Below are positions 37,431 to 49,755 of a DNA stretch of 64,000 nt, piece by piece (the stretch's first letter is position 1; each line of letters opens with the position of its first letter). The notes under the pieces were generated by a model. The model was given only the letters and a program-made list of their open reading frames with translations. It had not been told where the DNA came from and searched no databases. The position numbers and the translations under genes are program-made. This stretch comes from Takakia lepidozioides (Eukaryota > Plantae > Bryophyta): NCBI GenBank assembly GCA_030704615.1, contig CM060732.1:64108001-64172000 (forward strand). Reading direction: 5' to 3'.

Positions 37431-38861
37431 TTACTCCATCCTATATACGTCTTTCGGCTCAGGCCAATTGAATGGCTTGCCCATGAACCGAAGTACTACA
37501 TGGGCTAATATGACTCTCTCATTCTTGTTGTTGTCGTACAACCCTTGTAGCATTGAATGCCAACAACCTCCCGTAAATTGGTCCTAGAACATACTTTGAT
37601 CATAATGAGCGCCGCCATTTATTCGTACCGCGATCTTCTCAACGGCAAAGGCCTCCAACGTCATGTCCTGGGGGGGGGAGGGGGTGACATTCGCATTGAA
37701 AACCGATGCAATATCTTTTTCCACCCACCATCTTTTCGCGAGTTCCCGGTCCAGCTTGTCTGGGTTTTCAAACTGGTACGGCGAGGCTTTGCGTATGCCC
37801 AATGGGGTGGCTAAGCCTCAATCACACACCCCAATCTTGATCTCCTCGGTGCCATCTGGAAAATGCAACAAGATGTTGTCAGGGGACAAATCGTTGTGCA
37901 AGACACCGTTCTTGTGGACAGCATCCATGATGCACACCAGTGCCCATGCAAGTTTACTGCGCACTTTCCGGAAACGAAGCAAGCAATTGCATTCCTGGAA
38001 CTCTGCTTTCGTTCCCCTTTGTTCCAAAATCATCATGTTGTCCGAATCATTGCCCCATTTTCTTTCAAGGTTCATCATGTCGCGTATTGTCCCCCCATTC
38101 CACCAGCAAATGTAACCCGCTACCTCACGTGCATTCACAGCAAAATACGAGATAACACCCGGATGCTGGAACTTCACTGCCAAACACTCGTCGTTATGTT
38201 GTCTCAACGCCTTTTCTGGATTTTTGGACTTGGGTTTTTTTCCCGCTAGCTCCCAACGCTCCGGTATTCTAGAATCGCCAACAATCCTACAGTGACGGAT
38301 CTTAGCATACCCTCCTTCTTTGAAAGGGCCAATCTCTACCACCTTCGCAGTAGAGTTCAGGTAATAAAGACCAGTTGTGTCTCCCTCGCCCGATGCCTTC
38401 CAAGGGACAACCCTAGTTCGGCGATGTGAATTATGACTTGCCGAGCAAGCCCAATACTCAACACGCCGCATTAACTCAGCTTCGTCGGAGGGCACTCGAC
38501 CGGTTGTTCTACCCTTCCATGTCTTCATTAGCTGCCTCAAATTCCACGTGGCGTTTTCGCCCTGCTTTGGATCGGCTTGTCCCTGTGACTTAGCCCCCGC
38601 CAAAGCGTTTGTCATTTTCCTCTCCATATTTTGCTGAAAAATCTGAAATCCCTCCCATCCATGCCTAACACAAGCACTCTCCAGCCTCATTAGGTCCCTA
38701 TCCTTGAAATAATCCGCTACCACTTCTTTCACCCTATCCAAGGCATCCGGTCCCGGGTAGTCTGGCTTGTTGACCTGGCTATCCCGCTCGTGGGCACGTT
38801 TTCTCTTCCTCCGTCCCCCAGACGATCTCGCCCCATAACTTGAATTCACAACCCCTGACAT
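37431..38861 (-). pseudogene. Intronless protein kinase, copy 2 (nearly intact)
   Basis: GPFKEGGYAKI, ELAGKK, HPGVI and LHNDLSPDNILL. The DWG motif is broken by TGG>TGA at 37818 and there is a second stop at 37584. Ends WPEPKDVYRME*. TATA (cctatataaa on the - strand) at about 39187-39200. Confidence 0.88.
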
Positions 38862-39455
38862 TGTATAAACCTTTGCCCACTACAGGGTCTAAAACCTCAG
38901 AAAAATGGCAATGAACGCGTGTGGATGTGGATGGTGTCTTCGTAGTTTTCTGCAAAAAAACAGGCCGCCGGAGATCCGGAAACGGCAAAATGGTGATACG
39001 ATGATTGTTAGTGAACAAGTCTGTGGGACTGATCAATAGAAAACCGACAAAACCTCCCCCCCCCAAATAATCACCTTTGCACCTCCCGTTGGCAGTGCCA
39101 CGCAACGAAGTCCGAAAAGATTGCATGATGCCAAGGAACCGCACCACAAGAGGGGCAAAAGTGATCAGAAAAGGAGGGGGGAATGGTTTATATAGGCGCC
39201 CACCAGCCCCCCCCCTCCCCCCAAAAAAATGGCATTATGCTTGAAAAGGTGCGACAGGCCAGTGGCGCCTCGCCACGCGCACCCACATGGGAGAGGTCAA
39301 GGGTTCAAAACCACCTCCCCCCATCCCGTTTGTTTCGTTTTTCCTGACCTGTGGCACCTCGCCACGTGGCTGGCCGAGGCGCCGCTTCATGATTAAAAAT
39401 TAAAAAACAAAACGTCACACGGCGGGTCCCTGGATTTCCAAGAAAAAAAAAACAT

Positions 39456-39880
39456 GCGACCGCTGCATGGCGGTCGCTATATTTATAAAAACAAGAAGAG
39501 CAACCGCCACATGGCCAATGTAGGCGGTCGCTTATTTTAAAATGTAATAAAATACAGGCGACTGCCAATATGGGCGGTCACTTCATTTATAAATAAATAA
39601 ATTACAGGCGACCGCCAATATGGGCGGTCGCTTCATTTAAAAATAGATAAATTACGGGCGACCGCCAATATGGGCGGTCGCTTCATTTAAAAATAAATAA
39701 ATTACGGGCGACCACCAATATGGGCGGTCGTTTCATTTATAAATAAATAAATTGCGGGCGACCGCCAATATTGGCGGTCGCTTAATTTAACAAAATATTG
39801 AATTACAAGCGACCGCCAATATGGGCGGTCGCTTTTATTAAAAATAATAAATTATATACGACCGCCAATATAGGCGGACT
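39456..39880. repeat. Hairpin repeat array C: GCGACCGCC-aatatg-GGCGGTCGC, ~49-bp period
   Basis: About 9 copies separated by A-rich spacers, upstream of kinase copy 2. Confidence 0.92.
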
Positions 39881-41252
39881 CGTTTTTTAAGAAGAATTAA
39901 TAAATATTAATAATTGGCCACGTCTGTTTTACACCGTGACTGCCATGTCATTACAAAGGATAGACGTAAATCATAAAAGTCAAATATAAAAAAAATTACA
40001 TGGGTAAACGTCCGGATTCGACGTGACGGCCGACGTGTCAGCGCCACGTCGCGTCAGGAATGATAACTAGGGTGTCAGGCGTTGTCGCCCGCAAATGGGA
40101 TTTGCGATGTAGGACCGTCATCGCTTGCGACCCCCGCCCAAAAAGCACGTCGCCAATGGTGACGTCCTGCAGTCACGAGGGCAGCCTGGTGGGGGGGGCG
40201 TTGGGGGTTCATTTTGGGGGTGAAGGGGTGGTTTTTGTTTTTTGCCTGGTTTTGTTTTTGGGGATGAGAGACCTTACAGCTTCCATTTCTCTGATTTAGC
40301 AGGTACACAATTGAGCAAGCATGAATCAAGGGTGAGGACGGTGCGACACATGAATAAGATGGAAGATGGAAATATGGAAATGTGGAAATATATTTACAGG
40401 AAATGAGCTGAAAAGCTCACAAGGGTTCAGTAGGCTGACCCTGGGACCTACATGGACTAGGACTAGTCATCCTCAGTGGAGGACTCAGAGCTATCCGATG
40501 AGCCTGATGACTCCGCGCCCTTTGCCAGAGCACCTAAATGAGGCGGCGTTCCCCTAAGTCCCACAGAGCTCTCATCCAATCCCTAGCCATGACCCCCGAC
40601 CTCATCCATACTAGTGCCCTGTAGTGCACTCATCCCCTCCGTGTTGGCCATGTTCTTCATGAGGGATTGTCAACCATGCTCCTTGGCGTAGTTGTACTCT
40701 ATCGGAGATGGTTTCCTCTCAAACGCGCGTTTCTACACATGCCACAAATTAAAGTCAGTTCTTCGCGATGATGGAGCCAGAAAGAAGACATAACAAAATC
40801 CGTAATTCCATAAGGTGGTTTGGGTATGGCCCCCTTTTCCATTGCCCTCCGAATGATCTGTCTGGCACGGTACCTCCTGTCCTTCAAGTTTCGCCCCACC
40901 ATCTCCATCACCCTTGTGTCACTCCAATTGCCCGGAAACCGGCGGTCTAACTCACGGGCATACGCCCGCTTTGCGCCAAAGTGCTAATCAGCCCACTCGA
41001 TGTATAAAGGGAACCACCTCATTGCGAGTTCGAAGGTTGACTTCTTCATAGCCTCTCAAAACGCACCGCAGGGGTCACCATGGCGATTCATCTCCACCGG
41101 TGGCACCACGATCTTTGCCAACTCCACATCCTGTATCGCCAAGGCCATGTTCTTCTTCCCACCCTCTCCCTTCTTTGTAGCCTCCTTCCCCTGCTCCTTT
41201 GTTACCCCACTGCCCTCCCTCGCATGCACACTCACCCCTTCCTCTCCATGGG

Positions 41253-41283
<31 letters not shown>

Positions 41284-41441
41284 CTTTTCCTTCCCCTTCT
41301 CCGCTACTCTCTCTCTCTCCTTCTCCCTCTCCCTTCTCTCTCTCTCCTCAGCAGCCCCTTCATTGATGGTAAAAGGGATCTCGAGAGGTCGAGGCCTCTT
41401 CTTCTTACCTTTGGTGTTCGGGTCCTTCATGAACACCACGT

Positions 41442-42418
41442 TGTTAGAGGACTGTAGGGGACTTAGACACTTATACGGGATCTGTAGGGTACCCTTAATT
41501 TTGCACAGACTGAGACCAACAGGAGCCTTAGGGGTGACAGCAGCGCACTGTAGAGGGGGGTTACACAGTCGTCACAGCCGACACAGCCCACACAGCCGAC
41601 ACAGCCCATACAGCCAACACAGCCCGTCACAGTCGTCACAGCCCACACAGCCAACACAGCCCGTCACAGTCATCACAGCAGACACAGCCCACACAGCCCG
41701 TCACAGTCGTCACAGCAGACACAGCCCACACAGCCAGTCACAGCCCGGCACAGCCAAACACAGCCAGTCACCGCTTGACACAGCTGTCACGATAATAGGG
41801 AACGAAGAGTAGGACAGGGAACGACTGTGGGGAACAATACCTGTGAAGGGAACATGTTAGTTCACAGACGACGGTTAGAGAGGGAAACGGTTAGAACCAC
41901 GGATAGGAGGATAAAGGGAGAAACGGGGAATGAAGGAGGGATCATTATTCGGGGAGGACTTCTGAGTCAGGCTGGAGCGGAGATCGGAGGCAAGAGATGG
42001 AGAGCACGGTGAAGGAGAAAAGAGGATTAGTAGATGCTTGTTATATGCAAAGCTGTAGTGATATTGGAGAGCAGATTAGAGACATAATGGCTTCGGCCTG
42101 ATACCTGATAAATCATAATCTGATACTTATAAGATACAATCACACTGTGTAGAGAGATCTGAGAGAAGCTGTGGATTGAATGGATGAGTGAAGGAAACCG
42201 ATAGATTGATGAAGCAAACTGATACTTAATTATCAATGGTAAGGTAGCTAAGATGAATGCGAAAAGGGAAACAAATAGGAAACACCCCCATGATACACTA
42301 GCTGTAGGTCATGACTCATTGTTCTGCGCGGGCTGAGTACTTAGAGATTTCCAACTCTTCTATCTTGGAGTTTCCGCCTCGGATAGCGAAGGGATGGGTG
42401 AGTAAAAGCCGCGCGACA
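41442..42418 (+). repeat. 5' LTR (contains CACAGCC-rich microrepeat 41565-41790)
   Basis: Direct repeat of 53333-54314 with TG..CA ends. Confidence 0.97.
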
Positions 42419-42420
42419 TT

Positions 42421-42438
42421 TGGCGACCATACTGGGGA
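42421..42438 (+). other. Primer binding site (TGGCGACCATACTGGGGA; tRNA-Arg-like by inference)
   Basis: Begins with TGG two bases after the 5' LTR. Confidence 0.75.
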
Positions 42439-42798
42439 CCTGGGACATGAACAACCAGATGTGATAGGCATCTGGTGGGATCATGGTGGTTGGACCATTA
42501 AAGAATTTGAAGTGAATCAAATTCCCTGTGGAACGAAGAAAGAAAGGTGAATGTTTATACTCATATGCATGAAGAGCTTGTACTGGTAAAGAATTGGATT
42601 CCAAAGGATATTTTGTGGATCAAACTCACACCAAGAACAGCTTTTCAGACTTGTTTGCCATATGGTTATATGGTAACGGAGACTTCAAGTATAGCCAAGG
42701 GTGCATTGAAGCTTGAAAGAAACCCAGGCATATACGAGAGATATTACAGAAGAGAGTTTTGGTTATTGCCACATTAAAAGAAATGAAAGACATGGGAC

Positions 42799-45700
42799 AT
42801 GAGTGATGAAAGAGAAGCTAGACGACAGAGATATTCATCAAAAAGAGAAAGCTATCTGAAAGCTAATTATCCATATCTTTGGGAGAGAGGAATAGACATA
42901 GGGGAATCATCTGGACCTCTCACACCATCAAGATCAAAAAGTGCATCACCTATACCGGAAGAACTAGAGTTGGATGCCACTCCTTCTGTTTCTTTGCAAG
43001 AAAGATTAAGGGAATTGGTACAGGAAGAAGATCAATCACGAGGTGAAAGATCTGAGGTACATCCTTGGATAAAAGACTTGACAGAAATCTTTGATAAGAG
43101 TTGGCATGGAACATCAAAAGCAGGAACTCCAGTTTCTGAAGCAGAAGATGAAGAAGGAGAAGAGGATGTGGCAGAGCCAACGGAGAGTTCAGACTCTCCA
43201 ACACCATTACAGTTGAGTTACATGAGTGAAGAAGAAACCCAAGGGCAGAACTTGGAGGATGAAAACAGAGAGAAGAAATTAGAAGAGGAAGAATATGAAG
43301 AAGTAGACCCAACAGCTGAGGTTGAGACTACAACCAGGACATCCCAACCCGTTGGACCTGGATCAAGTGGAGCACTTGGATCACAGGCCAACGAAGGTGT
43401 CGGCTCAGGGGGATCAGGCGGGTTGCCTGGATCTGGCTCTGGGGGACAGGGAGTGTGGGAAGTAGAGCAACTGAAGCTGGGAATACTGTGAATATCGTGG
43501 GACCAGAAGCAAGGAGTGCTCAAGGGCCACCACTTGGTGGAAGATCCACCACAAAAACAACAGGTCCAGAAGGACCAGCACCAGCAAGGGTGCCAGCACC
43601 TGTCAGTGGGCAGAAGGTAGGGCCACAGATGGCGTTACAACCAATACGGGCAAAACCACCCTTTCCAATATATTCAGGAAAAGGGGATCCCGATGTACAC
43701 ATTAGCCAATTTGAGCACATGTGTATAGTGAACAATGAGAATGGCGATGATGCCAAGATGAGACTGTTTCCTTGTTCACTTATCAAGAAAGCAAGTGAAT
43801 GGTATGCAAGATTCCCTGATAATCATTTCCTAACCTGGAATGGCTTGAATACAGCATTTCGAAATAGGTTCAGGACAAGTAAAACTGAGGATGAAGTGTA
43901 TGGAAGTTTACAACAGCTGAAGCAGAAGAAGCATGAAACTGTTGAAGAGTATATGGAGAAGATGGAATTGATGATGAAAAAGCTAGCTGCAGTACCAGCG
44001 CCCGGTTTACAGAAGACTTGGTTTGTGAGTGGATTAAGACCAGAGTTGAAAAAGAAAGTGGATATGTTACCCCATAATACAGTGGGGGAGGCATTTGAAA
44101 CTGCGAACAGAATTGAGCAATTGGGAATGCTCAGGAGAGAGAAAAAAGAAGATGAGGACTCTGAGGATGAGTCAGATGAAGAAGAAGAGCAAGAACTAAA
44201 AAGAAAGAGTAAGAGAAAGGAGAAGTTGAAGAGGGATAACTATGAAAAAAATTGGAAGAAATCTTGAAGAAGTATGCCACAGAGGCTGCAACACATTGGA
44301 GGAAGGGTGTATGGTGTGCAAAGTGCCAGAATGAAGGCCATACCACCACAGAATGCCACATGAAGGAGAAACACTGTACTATCTGTAAAATGGATAACCA
44401 TTCTACTGAGAATTGTTACTACAACAGAAGGATAGCTGCAAGAGAACCTAGGCAAGTAAGGGTGCATCAGGTGCAGCCCCAGCCAAGAAGAAATAATGAT
44501 CAGGACCACTATGGTAGGTCTGGTGGTTATAACAATGGCATGGAAGGGAGAGGTAATTCAAGAGGGAATTACCAAGGAAATTCCAGAGGCAACTATCAGG
44601 GTAATCCAAGGGGGAATTACCAGCCCGGGAATCAGGATTATAGAAATAATCCAAGAACAGACCAAGGGCGAGGACCCAATGGTGAAGAGCTATGTTACTA
44701 TTGTAATCAGCCAGGACATCGCAAGGCAGCCTGTTCATTCTGGATAAGACACCAGAATGAGATGAGAGCTCCTGTGAATGAGGGCCCAGTGGTGGCAGCT
44801 CACATGGTTAGGCCATGTGTTGTACCAGAAGTAAGTACAATGATAGTAACAAGAAGTAAAGCCAAACTAATACCTCCAGTAGAAGAGGAAGAAGATGAGA
44901 ATGGAAGTGGCAATGATATGCCTGAAGATGAAGAGACTTGGAAAGATGAGAAGGAACTGCACAAGGAAGTGGCAGATACTATAAGGGAAATGCAAAAGAG
45001 TACTGATATTCCTGTGGCAGATTCCTCTGATTCGGATGGAGAAAAAGAAGGGAGTGAGGAAGAAAGGAAAAAAAAAGATGCAGACATGCAAAGTAATGAA
45101 GAGACTTTGGCTGCAGTAATATGTCAGACCAAAGCAGAAATTACCATTGGACAGCTATTAGCTGTGGCACCTTATTGTAGGCACAGGCTGTATCAGGCAA
45201 TCAATCGAATTGCCCAAGAGACAGGAAACACAGACCTGAACAGCAAGGTGACCAGTTATAATGTGAAGCCGGAAGGGCGAGAACCAGTCATGGACTTTGA
45301 TGATTCTATGCCAGTAATCCAATTGAGAATTGGAAGCACAGAACTAACTGATGTACTGATAGATGGTGGTTCTGGAGTAAATATCATGACAGACCAATTA
45401 AGGAAGAAGCTTGGTCTAAGTAACATGAAACCAGCCCCATTTACAGTAACAATGGCAGATCAAAGAAGTGTACAGCCATTGGGATTAATAAGAGGAGTTA
45501 AGATACAGATACAGAAAATGATCTTTATGATCACAGTAACTGTATTAAAAATGGATGAAGTCATGGAGGCTTACTCCTTATTATTGGGACGTCCGTGGCT
45601 GAAACAGGCCAGGGTATTCCATGACTGGAATTCTCAGTTACTAACTGTGCATAATGGGATGCACGAGATACAAATTACCACAAAGAAATCTAGTAGATTA

Positions 45701-48700
45701 CCTGCTACAAGAAGACCTCGAGGAGTCAGAGAGTATGACTGGAGAGGAGGACTGGATGAGGAGCAGGAAGCTACCCTATTTGCTGCACACCCAGAATGGG
45801 AGCAGGTTGCGGAGATGCGGCTGGAAAGCCTAAGTTGTTTAAGAGGTATCTGCTGTGGTGTAGTGTCGGCAAACCAATTGAAGAGGAAACCAGCAGTTAC
45901 CCACCACATTTCTATGAAGAAAAGGAGGGAGAGATAGAAATCCTAGAAGAACCAGCCACTGTGAGCTTAAAGGATGAAGTGGTGACTGGTTGGACAATCA
46001 CAGCTGATGAGCAGGTGAGAGAAGTAAATGTGGGAACTCAGGAGGAACCGAGGATGGTGAAAGTAGGAGCTGATTTGGAGCCGGAATTCTTCGAAGAAGC
46101 TAAAAGCTTGTTCATCAAATACAGAGATGTATTTGCTTGGAGCTATGAGGATCTAAAAGGGATACCACCTGAAGTCTGTCAGCATAAGATTGAACTGGAA
46201 CCAGGGTCAGTACCAATCAAGCAGGCGAGGTATAGAATGAATCCCAACTACGCACAGAAGGTTGGAGAAGAGATAAAGAAGTTGGCTGAGGCTAAGTTTA
46301 TATACCCAATAGAGTATACAACTTGGTTGTCACCCATTGTTATAGTTCCAAGAAGAATGGCAAGCTAAGAGTATGTGTGAACTATAAGAAGCTGAATGCT
46401 TGTACGAAGAAAGATCCTTTCCCTTTGCCATTCACAGAAGCAGTATTAGACACTGTGGCAGGCCATGAGATGTACTCATTCATGGATGGCTTCAGTGGTT
46501 ATAATCAAGTGCAAGTGGCAGAAGAAGACCAAGGGAAAACAGCTTTCATCACAGACTGGGGGGCTTATGCATACAAAGTCATGCCCTTTGGACTTTGTAA
46601 TGCACCAGCGACCTTTCAGAGAGTGATAAGTGAATCTTTTCATGAGTATCTGGATGATTTCATGCAGGTATTCTTGGATGATTTCAGTGTGTACAGCTCT
46701 AAGAGTGAGCACTTGCATAAATTGGAGTTATGTTGGCCAGATGCAGGATGAGAGGTCTGGGCCTGAATCCAGAGAAGTGTACTTTCTGTGTGAACTCAGG
46801 GGTGCTTCTGGGACACATTGTGTGTAAGAAGGGACTCCTTGTGGATCCCAGAAAGACAGAGTCCATTAAAGCATCTCCACCACCAGTGAATGTTAAAAGT
46901 CTAAGGAGATTCCTTGGGCAAACCAGTTATTACAGGAGATTTGTCAAAAGGTATGCACAAATAGCAGCACCATTAAGCAAGCTTCTGAAGAAAGATGCAG
47001 TGTTTGCCTGGACAGCTGAATGTCAACAGGCGTTTGAGGAACTTACACTGTCAGTAACAACTACACCTGTGCTGATTAACCCTCACTGGCATGTAGTATT
47101 TCATGTTCACTGCGATGCATCAGGAGAAGCGTTGGGTGCGGTGTTAGCCCAGAATGTTACAGGGAATATAGATTCACCTGTGTACTATGCTAGCCGATTG
47201 ATGAACAGTGCTGAGAGGAACTATAGCACAACGGAAAGAGAAGCATTGGCAATGATTTATGCAGTGAAGAAATTCAGGCATTACCTATTGGGAAGAAAGT
47301 TTATGTTTTATGTGGATCACCAGGCTCTGATATATCTGGTGAACAAACCTTTGATAAGTGGAAGGATAGCGAGGTGGTTAATAATCTTGCATGAGTTTGA
47401 GTTCGAGGTTATTTACAAGCCTGGCCGTTTGCATCTTGTGGCAGATCATTTGTCACGACTAACAACAGGAGAGGCCGCCACAGGAGTGGACGATCAGTTA
47501 CCTGATGCGAGTTTATTTGTAATGGAGGTGCAAGGAAGTGCAGATGAATGGTTAGATTGGCAGTGGCCAATCAGATACTACCTTGCTCATGGTCAGTGCC
47601 CACCTAGTTATGGTAAGGAGCAGAGGAAGAGAATTGCTATCAAAGCTTTACCTTATACTATGGTAGGAAGCAGAATGTATAAGTTAGGACCTGATGGAGT
47701 ACTAAAACGATGCTTGTACCACCATGAAGTAAATAAAGTCTTGGAGGAAGTTCATAAAGGAGTGGCTGGAGGTCATTTTGGAGAAGAGACTACCAGTAGA
47801 AAGATACTACTCGCAGGATACTGGTGGCCTACTTTGTTCAAAGATGTACATGAGTATTGTCAGAAGTGTGATGAATGTCAGAGGCTAGGACCTTTGCAGA
47901 GATCTGGAAGAATGGCCTTGCATCCTACAATGCCTACGGAACCATTTCAGAAATGGGGACTAGACTTTGTTGGACCAATTAATCCACCATCCAAGAATAC
48001 ACGAAACAGGTACATAATTACAGCCACTGATTATACTACAAAGTGGGTGGAAGCTAAAGCTTTGAGGGACAACACAGCCAAGTCCACAGCAAGGTTCCTG
48101 TACGAGAACATACTTACACGATTTGGATGTCCCTTAGAATTTATCAGTGATCAAGGAAGTCACTTCATGAATGAGACCATTGAGTTGTTGACTAAAGAGT
48201 TTATGATTGTGCATAGAAAGAGTACAACATATTACCCACAGGGTAATGGGCAGGCAGAGGCTACCAACAAAATACTATGTACTATCTTGGCTAAGATAGT
48301 CAATGCAAACAGAACGGATTGGGATACAAAGCTGCTGACAGCTTTGTGGTCATACAGGACTTCATATAAAGTCACCACTAAGTATACACCATTCCAATTA
48401 GTTTATGGTATGGAAGCCTTACTTCCAGTGGAATTCCTGTTACCTACCATGAGAACGGAGTGGGGAAAAAGAATGGAATTGCAAGACTCCATCAAGGTCA
48501 GGAAACATGAATTATACCATGTGGAAGAAGTACGTGCTGATGCAGCTGATAATATGACCAGAATTCAGATGAAGCGAAAGGAACAGTTTGATGAAGGAAA
48601 ATTAAAGACTTTTAAGACGGGGGATTTGGTTCTATGGTTGCAGAAGAAAGGAAAGATTCAAGCTTCTAAGCTCAAATCACCGTGGAAAGGACCTTATGTC

Positions 48701-49135
48701 ATACAAAAGATGTATGATAACAACACCGCCATGTTACAAACCATTAACAAAGAAATGCTGGGAAGAGTGAATGCAAATAAGTTGAAGGGGTACAGTGGTA
48801 TCCATGACAAACCCCTGCAGCATGATTTGCATGTTGAACCGCAAGAGCAGTCACGGGCTGCACCAGTGTTACGAACGGAGTATGGAACACTTGTCGCTAG
48901 GCCCAGCATATATGACCAGGGTGGGCAAAACAAACGTGACACAGCCTATCACAGCCTACCACAGCGTGTCACAGCCTATCACACTACAGCTTACCACAGG
49001 GCATCACAGCCTATCACACAGCGAAACACACAGTATGACACAAACGCCTGTCACAGCTCAACACAGCCTACTAAAGTTACACGATCCATAGAATCAGTGA
49101 CAAGTGGACACATAAAACTTCAGGAAAATGGCTGA
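42799..49135 (+). CDS. gag-pol polyprotein (frameshifted in this sequence)
   Basis: Gag LFPCSL..ASEWY / LKQKKHETVEEY, three CCHC knuckles, protease LIDGGSGVN, RT FLDD, RNase H CDASG, integrase HHCC, WGLDFVGP, SDQG, GQAEATNK and GPY. Five frame changes at about 43450, 44250, 45900, 46350 and 46730. Confidence 0.95.
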
Positions 49136-49755
49136 AGGAAGAAGAAACGGAATTAATTTAAAAATAGACACGTGGAGGTCAGGGTGCGACACACAGCAGA
49201 GAATGAAGTGCAAGGACAGGTGTCAAAAAGAAAGAGGACAAGAACGGCCGTCAAATAGGATGAAAGGCGGGCCCATTAATGAATACGGAAAAAGGGAACG
49301 GAACGAACGGCAAGTACAGAAAAGCCGAATTCATGTCGCATGTGTGATCCTAGTGGACTATCCAACAGGGAAAGTCCACTAAAGAAGATAAAAGTTAAAA
49401 TCCAGTCACAGCAGATACAGCCAATAGAAAACCAGAGAAATGATCAAGAAAATGGAGGGAAATTGAGCGCAAGAGGCGGCGTCGTTCTGAGTAACGGGCG
49501 TCTCGACAGGACAGGCCATAAATGCTATAACTTGGAAACTATGGAGGAACTAACAGACTATACGCTCGCAATATTACTTACGCAGTGGCATAGACACGAA
49601 ACGACAGAGCAGAGCTTTTCTCTTGAGCAATGCTTGCAAGCCCCGCAGGCTTACAAGAATTACCCATAGCTTTCTGCGGCAACCATACGTTTATGCTTTG
49701 TGCACTACAGGCATTCCTGCAGTTGTTACAGCCAAAGCAGTTCTGTGAGTCTAAG

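Noticed and set aside
41000-41812. 270-aa ORF with poly-Phe (membrane protein)
   Set aside because: It is the antisense of a Lys/Glu-rich coding segment running into the LTR microrepeat.
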